A DNA stretch of 64,000 bases, taken from Octopus vulgaris. Lineage: Eukaryota. Both the position numbers and the translations under genes were made by a program. The stretch lies in the NCBI GenBank assembly GCA_951406725.2, contig OX597815.1, positions 26,846,001 to 26,910,000 of the forward strand, read 5' to 3'. The notes under the pieces are model-generated. The model did no database searches. It had not been told where the DNA came from and worked only from the letters and a program-made list of their open reading frames with translations. Below are positions 1 to 13,963 of this stretch, piece after piece; positions within the stretch are counted from its first letter, which is position 1, and every line of letters starts with the position of its first letter.

Positions 1-3000
1 TGGCTTCTCAGACCCCGGTCGAACTGTCCAACCCGTGCTAGCGCGGAAAACGGACGTTAAACGATGATGATTTTCCAAGATGGTTTTTTTTAATAGTTAA
101 ATTGCTAAGAGAAAGAGGCATATGGAGTGATGGGGTAGGGTATGGGGGAAACGACATTGTGTGCACCTGTCAACTATTAATCTGTTCTTGTATTCTAGTT
201 ATAATTAGTCAGTAGAGTGGAAGCAATACTGGCAACCTTTGCAAGTCATGTCAGCCTAGTGAGATCAACATAATTGATGACGTTCAAGTGAAACATTTGT
301 GGGGCAATGCTGAAATAGCATGGGTAGAGAATGAATTCCAGAGTGAGATATGTTTGCCATAGAAATGGTTAATCTCACAACTGTTGGCACAAAATTCCCA
401 GATGAATGATGTTGATTTATATAGATATGTATGCACACAAGAGAATGAATAAAAAAGTGAAAACAAAATCTGCAGCATCTTCAGAGATAGTTGAGATATT
501 AAAAGCACCAGTCATTTCCTTAGCAAATTAGATTGAGAAGGAATACAATTTTACCTAATGACTAACCTAACATCACTACTGTCAGCTACTCTAAAAGATT
601 TAGAAGGAGGAATCAAGGAATGTCTATTTAACATCATTGTTTAACGTCTGTTTTCCATGCTGGCATGGGTTAGTTCACAGATTTTGATTGAATTCTGTAT
701 TTTATGTTTGCTGTAAGAATTTCAAAAGAAATACTTAGAAGCAAAACTACTTTGTAATTATTCACCTAGAAAAAGCTTTTGCCAGAGTCTGAAGAATAAT
801 GGCCTGCAATGGGAAAAAGTTCAAAATGGCTTAGGAGTGACTGACCAAAATAAGAAATTTTATGCACGCTTAAATATTCATAGAAACATGCAGTAAATAA
901 CTGAGTTTATGTGAATCACTGGAGGTAGAGCGAGTGCTTCCATAGTAGCAGTTTTCAAAAGGAAAAAGGAGGTTGGTTACTATAGTGAACGATATCTCAA
1001 GTTAGACTAAGAGGTAAATGTCTTAAATGCAGGAAAACCTGTAGAAGACTGTCACATCTAGTGAAAGTGTTAATGATAAAGAGAAAAATTTGAGCAAAGA
1101 AAAATAATGAGCAACAAGGATTTATATGTCAGCCATAAGGCTGAAATGCATGGAAAGATTTGGCACAGAAACAGTTGAACCAAACAACAAGCCAACACAG
1201 GAAAGTAGACTAAAAATGGCAAAGTAATTCAATATTAAATGTAAAAAAAAAAAAAACAATGCTAAATAGTTGTATTCTATTAAATGTTTATTATATTTTG
1301 TATAGTATACTTTACCAAAATTATTCTTTAACTCCATGGTAAAGCAAATTTGAGGATATAAACCAGATTTTAAAAATACTTTTCCTGAAAGTTTTTTTTA
1401 TTAAACAAAGGCAGGATCTCAAAGAGAATAGAGATTCTGATAATCCAAGTCCATGTTTTGCTGCTCCTATGATTACAGAGATTGTTCTTGTGTGCATATC
1501 CTACATCTTCAATATTTCTATTTTCAGTCATATGCAAACAGACTTTTATTGAAATATCTGTTGTACAAGATACATTAATAATGCGATTTAGACCTAACTC
1601 GTCTTTTAATATCAGACCAATTCATTCCTGCTGTTTCAGTTTACTGTTAGATGAAGAACAATGCTTATGACTTCTAAAAGTTAATCTAGACTGTAGAATA
1701 AGACTAGCTGAATGGTACCATCAAATGTTAATTTTCGATCTTAATTCAGAGAGGGTATACATGGATACAAAGCTAATGGTGCGGGAAAGATGAACCGAGC
1801 GAAAGTATCAGAAACTTGCTTGTGGTGCACCTGAGCACTGTATACAATAATTTCATTATTATTATTAAACCAAGCGACAACAAAGGGAGATAAATACAAT
1901 AGTCAGATTTTATCAAGAAAGCTTAAGACGAAGCAAAAGAAATAGAACACATCTTGTTTGTGTATGTTATATGAGTGAATCACTTTGAATGCAGAGGCGG
2001 AAGTGTTATTTTTAATAAGTCATTTCCCAATTTTGAATTTTGGCATATAAAACGTTAGGAAACTGCTTACACATATGTATGCACTTACAACCAGTTAAAC
2101 AGCGCAGTTTGTGCTGAAAACATAACACAATAACTGTTTCATGGTTTTGGATCCAATGAGACCTCAAAAAGAATCGATATTGCTTATGTTTTCACTTTGT
2201 GCTTTAACGAGAAAAAAAATGTTCATGACGAGATTAAGTGTATGTAAAACCGAAAGCTTCCAAATATATTTATATCCTCCAAATCGTAGTCATATTTTAT
2301 GCTGTTCAATAACTTCGGTACTTGAGCTGGTCCTTTCACTCACACACTGAACTATTGAACTCTTGAGAGCAAGTCAATGTCCAGGATCCATAACAATGCA
2401 AACAAATCAACAACTAATAAGGTATTCAACCTACAAGAAATAACAGCTAAATCTACAAATTACACTGTACTATCTTTAAAAAAAAAAAAAATGGGGGTGA
2501 GTGATATTGTGGTCCTGTCCGAGAAAAAGATAAGACCCGAGGCAAAACAACGATATGTAAATATACTAATGTCCATTGAAATTCCTTCCTAGAGCATCTT
2601 TAGTGTCAAGTATTATGGCCTAAAATTTAGGGTTGAAACATGTTTCTATTTTATGACAATGATGGTGCTAGATATTTAAACTCGGATCAGTCCGCGGATC
2701 AAAAAGATATTCCAGCTTTAAGCATATCCCCCCTACCACCGAACAAGATATTTCAGACAAATTGCAACTTTTCTCTTAAGACAGGGTGTAATACGAAGAA
2801 GGTTTATCTGCTGGAATAATTATGTTTGCTTGTGTTTTTTAGCATGTGGTGCTTTGGAATAATAATAATAATATAAGTTCATTGTTGGAAAGATAAACAT
2901 GGACAGGTATTTGTCACTGATACACACTAATTAAAGGAAAATTAATACTAAATTATTTCTTATGAAACAAAAGTCTATGCTTTATTCTTTCTTGCATTCA

Positions 3001-4559
3001 CAAGGGCTTTGCAGGAAGAATTAAATGTGTAGTATAACGTATCTTACTGAACCTCTAGAAAGCCTAAATGCAAGTATGTTCATCGAAGAGATTTATAGCG
3101 ATGTGAAAACATCCGAGCTTATTCAATTATGAACCAAGGAACCTAGTCTTTCAAATTACACTTCCTCTTCAAAGTCGCGCGCTTGTGCATGTATTTGAAA
3201 AGGCATGTGCGCGTTAAGTGTTTCATGTATTTCATTTGAGAAAATGTAGACATGTACAAATATAAGTACGTAAATAGGATTCAAAACTAAATTCATATAG
3301 TATCATAAAATGCTAAAAGGTTTTTTTTTCTTTTTGTCTTTTCCCAATAACTCCAAACTTAGAAATATTGAAGTATTTCTAGCTAAAACATTAGAATCAA
3401 CAAAATAAAATTTTAAAAAATATATCAGTACACTGATAATTTGGTGGTACACAGCGAAAAACAAATGTACATTCAGACGAAATAAAAAAAAAGGTAAAAT
3501 TTACCAAAAATATTCATACATTTTATAAATTTTGAATAGTGATAACTAATAGTAATCCTCTCCAAAAATAAAATGAAACAAGAATATATTTAGCCATTAT
3601 ATAAACTTAAATGAGGCTCATTTAGCTAGAGTTTAGAAATAATTCGTTTTGAAAGCTCAAAATACGGAATAGTTTCAGGAATTTTAGATAAAAAATTGAC
3701 GAAATTAAAGACTTTGAAATGTATCTATCATATTTAATGTAAAAATCTAACAAATATAGTTGGTGTTAAGTTAAAACGTAATGGGTTGTCATCTTTGAAT
3801 ACGGATTATTGACGGGTGAACAGACATACAGAGTATTGTTACAATGATATAAAACATTAATATTTCGAATTAAATATACTGTTACACGTCTCAAAGTGTT
3901 CAAAGCATAAAATATTAACAAGTTGTATGTTTTATAGCTAAAGAAATGAACAATAAATCCTACGTACATCCGTAAAGAAAAGAAAAATAAGAAATATATA
4001 GTTAAAACCCAGTTTCTCAACTGAAACATGCATTTGTATATTCAGACTAAGGAAAATGGTTAAGCTATCTTGTGAACTAAAATAATCGCTCACGTAGCAA
4101 AACAGAAAAATAATATCAATAGTTATGTTGCTATTTATGTTTAACACGCATTTCTAAAGGAAGCGCGCACTTGCTGCTCATTGAAATCTAAGTCTAATTA
4201 ATTTGTAAGCACATACAATGTCAATATCTTTAATCCGTAATACATTTGTTCTGCATTAAATAGCATTATATTATAAGTATATTTTTAAAAATTATCCTCT
4301 ATACTCACAGAAAACTCAGATTCATAGTCCAAAATTGAACCTTCCATGTCAAGTCATTTTTAGTTTCTTTTCCTTCCGTGACTAACTCCAAAAATATACT
4401 CTTGACGCAGAGATGTTTATTAGACAACGTACAGATATATGCTTTTGAATTCAAAAAGAAATATAAGTATATATTTTAATCGTATTTTTATTTCTTTTAA
4501 TTAGAAATTCATTTTATGTTTAGAAATAAATTTCAAATATTTTCTGTTTTAAAATAATA

Positions 4560-4821
4560 GCATAGGTTCGAGAGTATCTATCTTACTAGCTACGAGGACT
4601 TCATTTTTCCGCCATCGTTCGTCCTTCAATGCGGCGAACAACGGAAATTTCCGAGCAAAGCTTATGGCAAAATAATTCAGGTTTCACTGTTTCCGAAAGA
4701 CTCAGAAATTAATGTGCATTTCATTTTTTCAGTTACCTTCATTGATATTTATGCCTGAACCCAAATCAAAATTAGAGAATCCGACTGAAAAATTTGTCGA
4801 CTGGAGAGTTTCTTTACTGTT
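4560..4821 (+). promoter_or_regulatory. Putative DEAF1 promoter / 5' UTR region
   Basis: Local CpG enrichment in an AT-rich background, YY1-like CCGCCAT, several TTCG/CGAA, and a perfect palindrome CGGAAATTTCCG at 4642-4653. Confidence 0.5.
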
Positions 4822-5257
4822 ATGTCTGAAGTCGATATTTCCGACTCGCTACCGAATGGTGACGATCCCGCCTTCACGGAGGAGGAGGACCCACAGCAGA
4901 CTGCCTCCGACCATCCAGGTACGGACAGTGGTGCTGGCTCTGTCGCCCCTTCCGTGGTCACTAACAACGGTACCATTCCAGCAGATCAAGTGTTTGTTGC
5001 AACATCTCAAGGTATACTCTCTGCAGAGCAGCTTCAAGAAGCAGGTATCAAGACTACGCATATCGTGATTCATGATCAAACCTTAAGTGTTGCAGACGAG
5101 TCTGAATTGAAACCTCCATTAAATACCCCACCGACTCCTCTTGATAAAGATATTAAAGGGTTCAAGTATCAATGGGATGAATCAGTTCATTGCATGATTT
5201 TGCCTGTCAGATGTAAAAACACTAATGGAGAACTCTACAAGAACAAATTTGGATCAG
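4822..5257 (+). CDS. DEAF1: DEAF1 coding exon 1 (acidic N-terminus and start of SAND domain)
   Basis: ORF MSEVDISDSLPNG...YQWDESVHCMILPVRCKNTNGELYKNKFGS resembles the DEAF1 SAND N-terminal half (LPVRC...LYK.K.GSGGRG). Donor CAG|GTAGGA at 5257/5258, phase 1. Confidence 0.93.
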
Positions 5258-8200
5258 GTAGGAACTGCTCCAGTCATTTTCTCTCTTAACCTGTTACGAT
5301 TCATGGTTTTGTCCCTCATTTAAATGTTTATAATTGTTTTAATTATCTCCATTCAAAACTTTGCGCATTTTGTTTTGTTTTCTGTTAACGCCAAAGAAAT
5401 AATTTAAAACGATAATTGCTAATCAGATAATCATCATATTCCTTTCTGTGTGCTTCATTTGTTTTGCTTAGTAACTCTTCCCATTATATTGATTGTTTTT
5501 TCTTTTCTCTCCTTTATTATAATTGATCGAAATCGTATTTAATTCCAATCAAAAAAATTTTCCAGTTTCCTCCTAAATTGTACAGAAAGTGAATGAATGT
5601 TATGATAACACTGAAATCACTCATCCTTCATCCTTCTTTGTAACAGATTGTACTTCTAATTGTTTTATAAATCCACTCTAATGAATTATCACACTATGCA
5701 GCAATATTGTTTGTTATACGCTATAGGAATGAAAAAAAAGAGATAATTTATTCGAATATTAAAAAGGGGGGAAAAAAAAAAATACTATTTGAGGTTAAGT
5801 CATTGTTGTTCTTTGGTAGAACATTTGAGTGAGAAAGTCGACTTTGCCTTTCATCCTTTCGGGGTCGATAAATTAAGTACCAGTTACGCACTGGGGTCGA
5901 TGTTATCGACTTAATCCCTTTGTCTGTCCTTGTTTGTCCCCTCTGTGTTTAGCCCTTTGTGGGTAGTAAAGAAATAAATATAACTGCTACAAGTTGTTTT
6001 TCTTTCGAAAACAAATAATTTATCTCATTTATTTCGATTACAAATAGTAAAAAAAAAAAAAATGAAGATAGATATATTAAACGAATTGCTCATAGTAAAT
6101 TGTTTAATGCTAAAAAATTCTTTGTAGTTTTTTTACCATTTTGCATCTGGTTGATTGTTGATGGAATGGGGGTATATAATCTAGTTTGTGTATACTTTCG
6201 TAATCTCGTTGCACAGCTTTGTAAGATCACAACTATTTAGCATTGTGATTTTGCGAAAGGAAACTCGTGGTAAACGATACTTGATTGTTTGTAAACTTTA
6301 CCAACACGTAGCTGCTGCTGGAGCGTTTTTATTAAGACTATATTTTCGTCCATACCTTCTGATAGAAAAGATTTCTAAACAAACCTTACCATTCGGTTCA
6401 TTGCAGTAAATATACTCCAATCTGACATTGTAGTAAACGTATTTAAACATCAAAGGACGTACATCAAAATAAATATATTTGTGTATGATTACGTAAACAT
6501 AAAAAATGGCGATGTTCTCTCAAACTGGCAGTTTCTAAATAATGAATTAGCTATTATAAATTACCTGAATTACCTATTATAAATTACCTAATGAGTCATT
6601 TGGTTGTTGTTGTTTCGTTCCAAGTCGACCTTGATTCAGTAAACTTGTGATCAAAAACTCTCCAACTATGACCATCCTGCCTTGTATATCCAGGACTACG
6701 TTTTTCTATATGCCTTTCCCTTTTTCTTTAAGATATTGGGATGTGACTTCGGGGTATATTTGGATCTATTTCTTGCTGGTCGAGCAACTGAAGTTTCTTC
6801 AGTGGCAGTACAACAAAATGTTTGTGTCACGTTTTTCATCTATCACACCGTCAATTCTGATGTTCTTCAATGATGTCATAGCTTTGCATGTCTTCCTCAT
6901 CAGGTGTGTTTTTCTCGTAAATTTTTATACTTGTGGGAGATGACATTCTATCGCTCGACCCACTAGAAACAGCTGCCAAAATCTCCTTCAAATCACGCCC
7001 TGCCATCTACTAGATATACTACGCTTGAAAAGTAAATACGGCGTGACCATGACTGCAGTGGACTGTCTTTGATAGGTTATATGGAATATATATAAATATA
7101 GATTAGTAGATAGTTCTTCGGAGGAATGGACTGCACCATAACTAAGGACCTCTGAGGTTGGCCAAGTTATTGCTATTGATGATCAGTTTTAAACCATCAG
7201 TTTGTCGTATTGAAGTATCTACTTCATTGTCTCCTCACTACATCTCGCTACAAAATTCCTCCAAACACTTTTAGACTTGCGTATTAAAATTTACATGTTA
7301 CCTCAGGCACTATGCATGCTACATACAGAAATAAATATACTTTACATACCCACCTGTCGAAAACTGTCTGCTAAGTAACGGAGGCAATCGTCTTAGATAT
7401 GGCGTTTTATATATCAAATCACTAAATTTTTTAAATCAATAACCTCTTCTGAATGGTTCACTAGAATATGTGAAGTACAGCTAGAAACCTGTTCTGCTCT
7501 GGCTTCTTCTCCCATACTTTTATCCCCCACTCCATCTTCTAATATAAAGCTACCCCTCAGGGTTCATAGTCTTGCGAGCTGCATGGCAACCTCATTTAGT
7601 GCTGGTGGCGTGAAAAAAAGCACCTGGTACACATTGTATAGAGGTTGGTAGTAGGAAGAGCATCCAACTATAAAAACTGCCAAAACATATGAGAGCACAG
7701 TGCAGTCCTTAGGCCATTAGATCTTGTTGAAAACATCCAGCCAATGCCAGCATGGAACATAGATGTTAAATGATGATGATGAGTTTCTCATATGCCCAAC
7801 AAAACGCAGAGCTTATTCCATGTTCACCAATGCTTTATTCCCATACATTTACACGTTTTATCTAGTTAGCTTTTGTTCAGAAAAAGAAACCCTTTTTCTC
7901 ACTAGAAATGTGTGATTGGATATCGAAGCTCTGTCATTTTCAGTTACACTTCTGTTTCCTGGAAAAGGTCTGAATTGTACAACTGCAATTTCTAAATGAT
8001 GATAACTGTTTGAGACATTCATGCATTGCTATATCGCAATAACCTCCAGCTTCCAACTTAACCACAGCTATATATCATACATAAAACAACATCAGCCATA
8101 CATAAATATATGGAAACACTTGTTCAACAAAACTTTAATAATAGCTGCATTACTTAGCTCTTCTCTAACAACAGTAAAAAACAGAATATATTACATATCC

Positions 8201-10503
8201 TCATTTTCAATGATTTTAAACTTAGTAGGGAGTAGTTTGAAGGAGATTTGACTGCTAATTCTGACAGATTTGAGTGTCCATACTGCACCTGATATGATTA
8301 ATCACTTTTTGTTTGAGGAGTGTAGTTTTGTTTTTGGACCGGGCAGAGGCAAGCCACATCTAGATTTCACTTAATTGTTAAACCAACTGCCAACCAGTAC
8401 ATCCTGTATCTGCACAATTAGCACTGATTTGTATAATATTCATTGTATGAATATCATTCATACAGCTTGTGGAAAACAATACCAGAACAACAAACTAACT
8501 AAATACTTAATGAACACAACCAAAATAAAGAAAATCTGGCACTTTCTACAAATAATACCAAGTCATTCATTAATATTGATCATCTTTCTGAAATTCTTGC
8601 CAGTATCCTTCCATTGCTTCGTTACTGTCAACTCCCATTCATGTTTATTAATTAGTCAATATAATAGAGCATATACTTATTTCTATTTTATCTGTATCTA
8701 TAAAACAGTCCTTGGGCGAAAAATGTATACACATTTTGCTTTGACGGTTAATGGTGGCCAAACCGAGGCTAGGATCAAGCTGAAAATTGGCAGGGATACT
8801 AAATGCATGGTGAGGATGAGACCCGCGATGGTTAAAATTCGCAGACTATAAAGATGTGGTTGCTATGGCAAAAAGAACAGATATTATTAATCAGATATAT
8901 TGTGTTAATTTATATATATATTTGTATATAAATATATAAGAATTTTTTGCATAATGAGATAAAAAACCAAGGCTGTATAGATCTAGATCTATATATAGAT
9001 CTATCTATCTATAAATCCTCTAATATCTATACAGACTTGATTTTTTTTATCTCATTACGCAAAAAATTCTTATATGCATATGCTGACATAGAACCAATGT
9101 TGAACCCTTTATTCACAATATTACCGAATCTGGAACTTAACTATGGTATGTCTATAGCACTTATTCAGCATTACCTAACACCTTTGGGTCTCAATGACAC
9201 TATTATCTCTTATAACCTCAACTGTATATAAATATATATACATATATATGTGTGTGTATACATATATGTATAATGTGTATATATGTGCATATTTAATGTG
9301 TGTGTGTATATATATACAATGTGTGCATATGTGGTCGGATTGAGCTGAAAATATGCGAGTTTGTATGGCAACTTTGAGTTTGCTCAATTGAAAGGCATGG
9401 CCTTTAGGGCAAAATTCCTCATCTTTTAAAATGTGGCCCACTTAGACCCAAATGAAATCGGGTTATAATACCGAAACAAGTAAAACAATAATAAACTATT
9501 TTAATCCCGAGCAATTCTATAAAATGAAGAAGGCAAACATTGATGCAAATTGGATTTTTATGTAAAAAGGGGTCTAAATGGGGATGGAAGGGGATTAAAA
9601 TTTACAGGAGTGGGTAACTTGAAGTGAGAAATTGATTGGGAGACGTTTTGGTAGCTTTAGTGTGAAAACGGGGATTTTATTGAATTTTTGGGATACTTGG
9701 GAATTTTTGGGACACTTGGGGGTTTAGATTGGACACCTTTTGCCCGATTTCAATCAAATTTTCAACACAGTAAAGTGGAAGCGAATTTGTAATTTAAGAG
9801 CAGAAATCTAATTTTTTAGAAATAGGAGAGAGATAGAGTAAGAGAAAGCGAGGGAGAGTCTGAGAGAAAGGAAGTGTAAGATAGTGGGAAAGTGAGAGAG
9901 AAACAAAGAGGGTGAATGTGGTGATAAGAAACAGAAAGTAACAACCCACATCACCTTAAGCTAGTTACATATATTTTGTGTTATGTTTATAGCCACTATA
10001 TGCAGCATTAGTTATTTTAAACAATTACAGAGTAAGTGTCTAGTTAATATACTAGACTAAGGATTGTGGCTGAATGAGGTACCATATGAATCATTTCCAT
10101 ATATATATATATATGTTTAGTCAGTCTATGTGGAAGTCTGTACATGGGTGCTTGAGTTACTGCTAAAAGTAGCAAAATCTCATTTAAATCAAACCCTACT
10201 ATATTAATACAAGGACATTGAACTGGCACTCTGACAGTTGTGATGATGAAGGTTCCAGTTGATCTGCTCAACAGAACAGCTTACTCGTGAAATTAACATG
10301 CAAGTGACTGAACACTCTACAGACACATGTATCCTTAACGTAGCTTTCAGGGAGATTCAGCATGACACTGAATGTGACAAGGCTGGTCCTTTGAATTACA
10401 GGTGCTGCCAGGAAGTGATCTTAGGACTTTAAGATCATGAGCTGAATACCTTAACCCCACTAAATCACGTACCTTCACTAAGAAGGATATTAAATTATGT
10501 AAT

Positions 10504-10885
10504 TACTCTTTTACTTGTTTCAGTTATTTTGATTATGGGCATGCTGGAGCACCACCTTTAATCAAACAAATCAACCCCAGAACTTACTCTTTGTAAGCCT
10601 AGTACTTGTTCTGTCGGTCTCTTTTGCCAAACCGCTTAGTTACGGAGATGTAAACACACCAGCATCGGTTGTCAAGCGATGTTTGGGGGGACAAACACAT
10701 ACACATATATATACATATATACAACGGGCTTCTTTCAGTTTCCTTCTACCAAATCCACTCACAAGACTTTGGTTGGCCCAAGGCTATAGTAGAAGACACT
10801 TGCCCAAGGTTCCATGCAGTGGGGCTGAACCCGGAACCATGTGGTTGGTAAGCAAGCTACTTACCACACAGCCACTCCTATGCCT
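10504..10885 (-). mobile_element. tRNA-derived SINE family A
   Basis: Head aggagtggctgtgtggtaag...ggttccgggttcag (A/B-box-like), central microsatellite, tail aagtaaaagagta. Multiple copies in the window. Confidence 0.85.
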
Positions 10886-12451
10886 TCTAGATTTTCCTTA
10901 AAAAGTTTGAAGTTCTTTGCATATGATTGGAGCCTCAAGTCTTCAGTTTTTATTTATATTTATTTAGAGACTCTTGCCAAAAAAGTTATTGCATTTCAGA
11001 GAATTGGGATTGGTGCAACAACACAGTAGTTACTTAGCTAGCAAAGGTTATCTTCAGCCAATCACATTACTTGAATGGGGTCTGTAACTGAAGGAACATA
11101 TCTCACATGTTGTGTTAATTATATTAATACCAGAGCATTACTTGTCATATGATTTGTAACTTTTGCTACCAGGGGTAACATCACAAAATAATACATACAT
11201 ACAACAATTATTTTTTAAAATCAAATTTCAGAGTGCTTGTACAAAATAATGAAGTTAATATTAATTTTCAAAATGAAAATATTTATTATCTTAAAGTATA
11301 AATTGAAGAAATTTCTATTTTTAACTTGGTTGGGATGGGGCTATGTCCTCCCTTAACAATATCATTTACTCCCTCTCCTGCTCTTCTGTCTGTATGATTC
11401 TTTCTTTCTTATTGTGTATTTGTAGCATTCTTTTATTCATTGCCTGCTGTCAAGCATAGTATGTGCTCTCATTCTGCACCTCTTATGCTGATTCTCTCTA
11501 TATCTCGTTTACTCTCTCACTTTCCCTCTCTCTATACATTGTAAAGCATGACTAGAAATCAATCAGTCAACCAACCAACAATTCTATTGACTATTATTAT
11601 ATTGAAGTATTAGATAGCATATAATCTTACATATTAAAACTGAAAATGTCTGTCTGTGTGTGTGTGTGTCCTCATTTTGTGCCAAAACAGCTTGACCAAT
11701 TTTTCTTAAACTTCACACGCACATTGCTTATATGTCTGGGGAGGTTTTAAGTATTAATTGATTTCAAAAAAATATTTGGGTAAACGGCGGGAGGAATAAC
11801 ATTTGGGCACAGTTGAACGGTAGGCATAATTACTTTTAAGCTTCCAAGGGAAATAACCCATTCCCTCCTTCATAAATTTTTTGGTAAAAAAGAAATTGAA
11901 TATGCTTATTTCTTGGTATTTGAACTATTTTAGTTATTTTCTCAGTTTATCCAGTACAAAGCTTGAACAAGTAAATAGTATTCTCCTAAACAATAGATCC
12001 ACTTATTTCTGTTAGTGACTCATTCACAAATATAGCAACACTAGCGCTGCTGAGGGTAATATTCTCTGGGAATGCATAGCTTTTTTCACAGTTATTTACT
12101 TTGAATTGTTATCTTATATCTGATTAGCCTGTTATTACGTAACATTTCACAATTTTAGTATACATACCTTATTAGTATTTCCTCCTAAGGTCTATATACT
12201 CTGGAAACATATTAAAGCCCTTTTTGGAGACTACTTTATTTGAAGTCTTACTATAGGGTAATTAATTTCATGCTATTATATAACTGACTCCACAATTTGG
12301 GTATTCATAACTTATTGGGAATTCCTAAAAACAAGATCATTTGTAAGACAGTTCAGTATTCTCAATAAATACACAAAAACTGTTTTAAGGGCTACATACT
12401 TTGTATTGTTACTGGATTAATGAAACAATTAGGTGAATGGAACCAAGGGAT

Positions 12452-12899
12452 AAGCCTGCCTTCCCAGGAATTACCAGGCATGTCACCTGGCATATATATA
12501 TATCTACCTATATATATATGGATATATAATTAATAATATCAGGGTAAAAAAAATTTTAGAAATTTTTTTACTATCAGTGGCCTAGTGTGTAGAAAAATTA
12601 GTCAATAGACTATATATTATTCATATAAATACAGTGTATTTATATGAATAATGTATGTATATATATATATATATATACATATATTATTCATATAAATACA
12701 GTGTACATTTAAATACACTGTATTTATATGAATAATATATAGTCTATTGACTAATTTTTCTACACACTAGGCCACTGATAGTAAAAAAATTTCTAAAATT
12801 TTTTTACCCTGATATTATTAATTATATATCCATATATATATAGGTAGATATATATATATGCCAGGTGACATGCCTGGTAATTCCTGGGAAGGCAGGCTT
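12452..12899. repeat. Long near-perfect inverted repeat (about 190-bp arms)
   Basis: 12452-12642 is the reverse complement of 12710-12899 apart from a homopolymer indel. Confidence 0.95.
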
Positions 12900-12959
12900 G
12901 TATATATATACAGAGAGAGAGATATATGTGTGTGTGTGTGTGTGTATATATAAATATAT

Positions 12960-13313
12960 ATACAAAATGAGAAAATGGAGAAACATACTTAAATCAATCA
13001 ATCATCAACAATCAGATAATACCCAATCAATACTTTATTACACCATTACATAACAGCAAAGACATTATACATAATATATTGTAAATATAACTAGACATGG
13101 AAATAGAAATATAAAATATAAAATACAATTAGATCATGATATAATTGTATTTTATATTTTATATTTCTATTTCCATGTCTAGTTATATTTACAATATATT
13201 ATGTATAATGTCTTTGCTGTTATGTAATGGTGTAATAAAGTATTGATTGGGTATTATCTGATTGTTGATGATTGATTGATTTAAGTATGTTTCTCCATTT
13301 TCTCATTTTGTAT
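12960..13313. repeat. 354-bp near-perfect palindrome with essentially no spacer
   Basis: Centred on ATCATGAT (13133-13140). One mismatch seen (13132/13141). Confidence 0.95.
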
Positions 13314-13509
13314 TATTAATTTACGGTAATATTTTTACCCTTGCCCACATAATACAGTAGATGAATTAATTGCACCGCAATTTTTAACATTTATGTATTA
13401 GTCTTGTTGGGTACCTCTCTAGCAGTATATTGGATATATGTTATCCCATGGTGGGTTGAATTGTCAACCCCTATCTCATTTTATAATATAAATATATATA
13501 TATATATAT

Positions 13510-13927
13510 GCTTTCGGTGCAAATGGTTTTGTTATACGATGCCATATTTTACAATCCTGTAAATAATAATAATGGTATTTTTTATATAAGCTTAAAGTTT
13601 ATGGCGTTCACTGTGCAATGACTAAGGAAAATAGTCTAATAATTGGGCTTATAAGCCCTCAACAGAAAAAAGAAGGCTTTCCCATCCATGTGTAAAGGTC
13701 ATGTTAACAAAGGAGTGTGGGTTCGCGTCCCACGCAGATGGGAAAGCCTTCTTTTTTCTGCCGAGGGCTTATAAGACTATTAAACTATTTTCCTTAGTCA
13801 TTATTAGACTATTTTCCATAGTCATTGCACTGTGAACAGCTTAAAACTTTAAGCTTATATAAAAATACCATTATTATTACAGGATTTTAAAATATGGCAC
13901 TGTATAACAAAGCCATTCGTTCTGAAA

Positions 13928-13930
<3 letters not shown>
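13510..13930. repeat. Imperfect fold-back element inside a (TA)n tract
   Basis: Arms gctttcgg...agaaggctttcccatc and gatgggaaagccttct...ctgaaagc, with (TA)n on both sides. Confidence 0.85.

Positions 13931-13963
<33 letters not shown>

Noticed and set aside
8375-8851. 158-aa ORF in DEAF1 intron 1
   Set aside because: No recognisable domain, non-ATG start, and it runs from AT-rich intron into a repeat.
8690-9964. Third Helitron-like element
   Set aside because: The start and terminal CTAG are suggestive, but there is no clear subterminal hairpin, so support is too weak to list.
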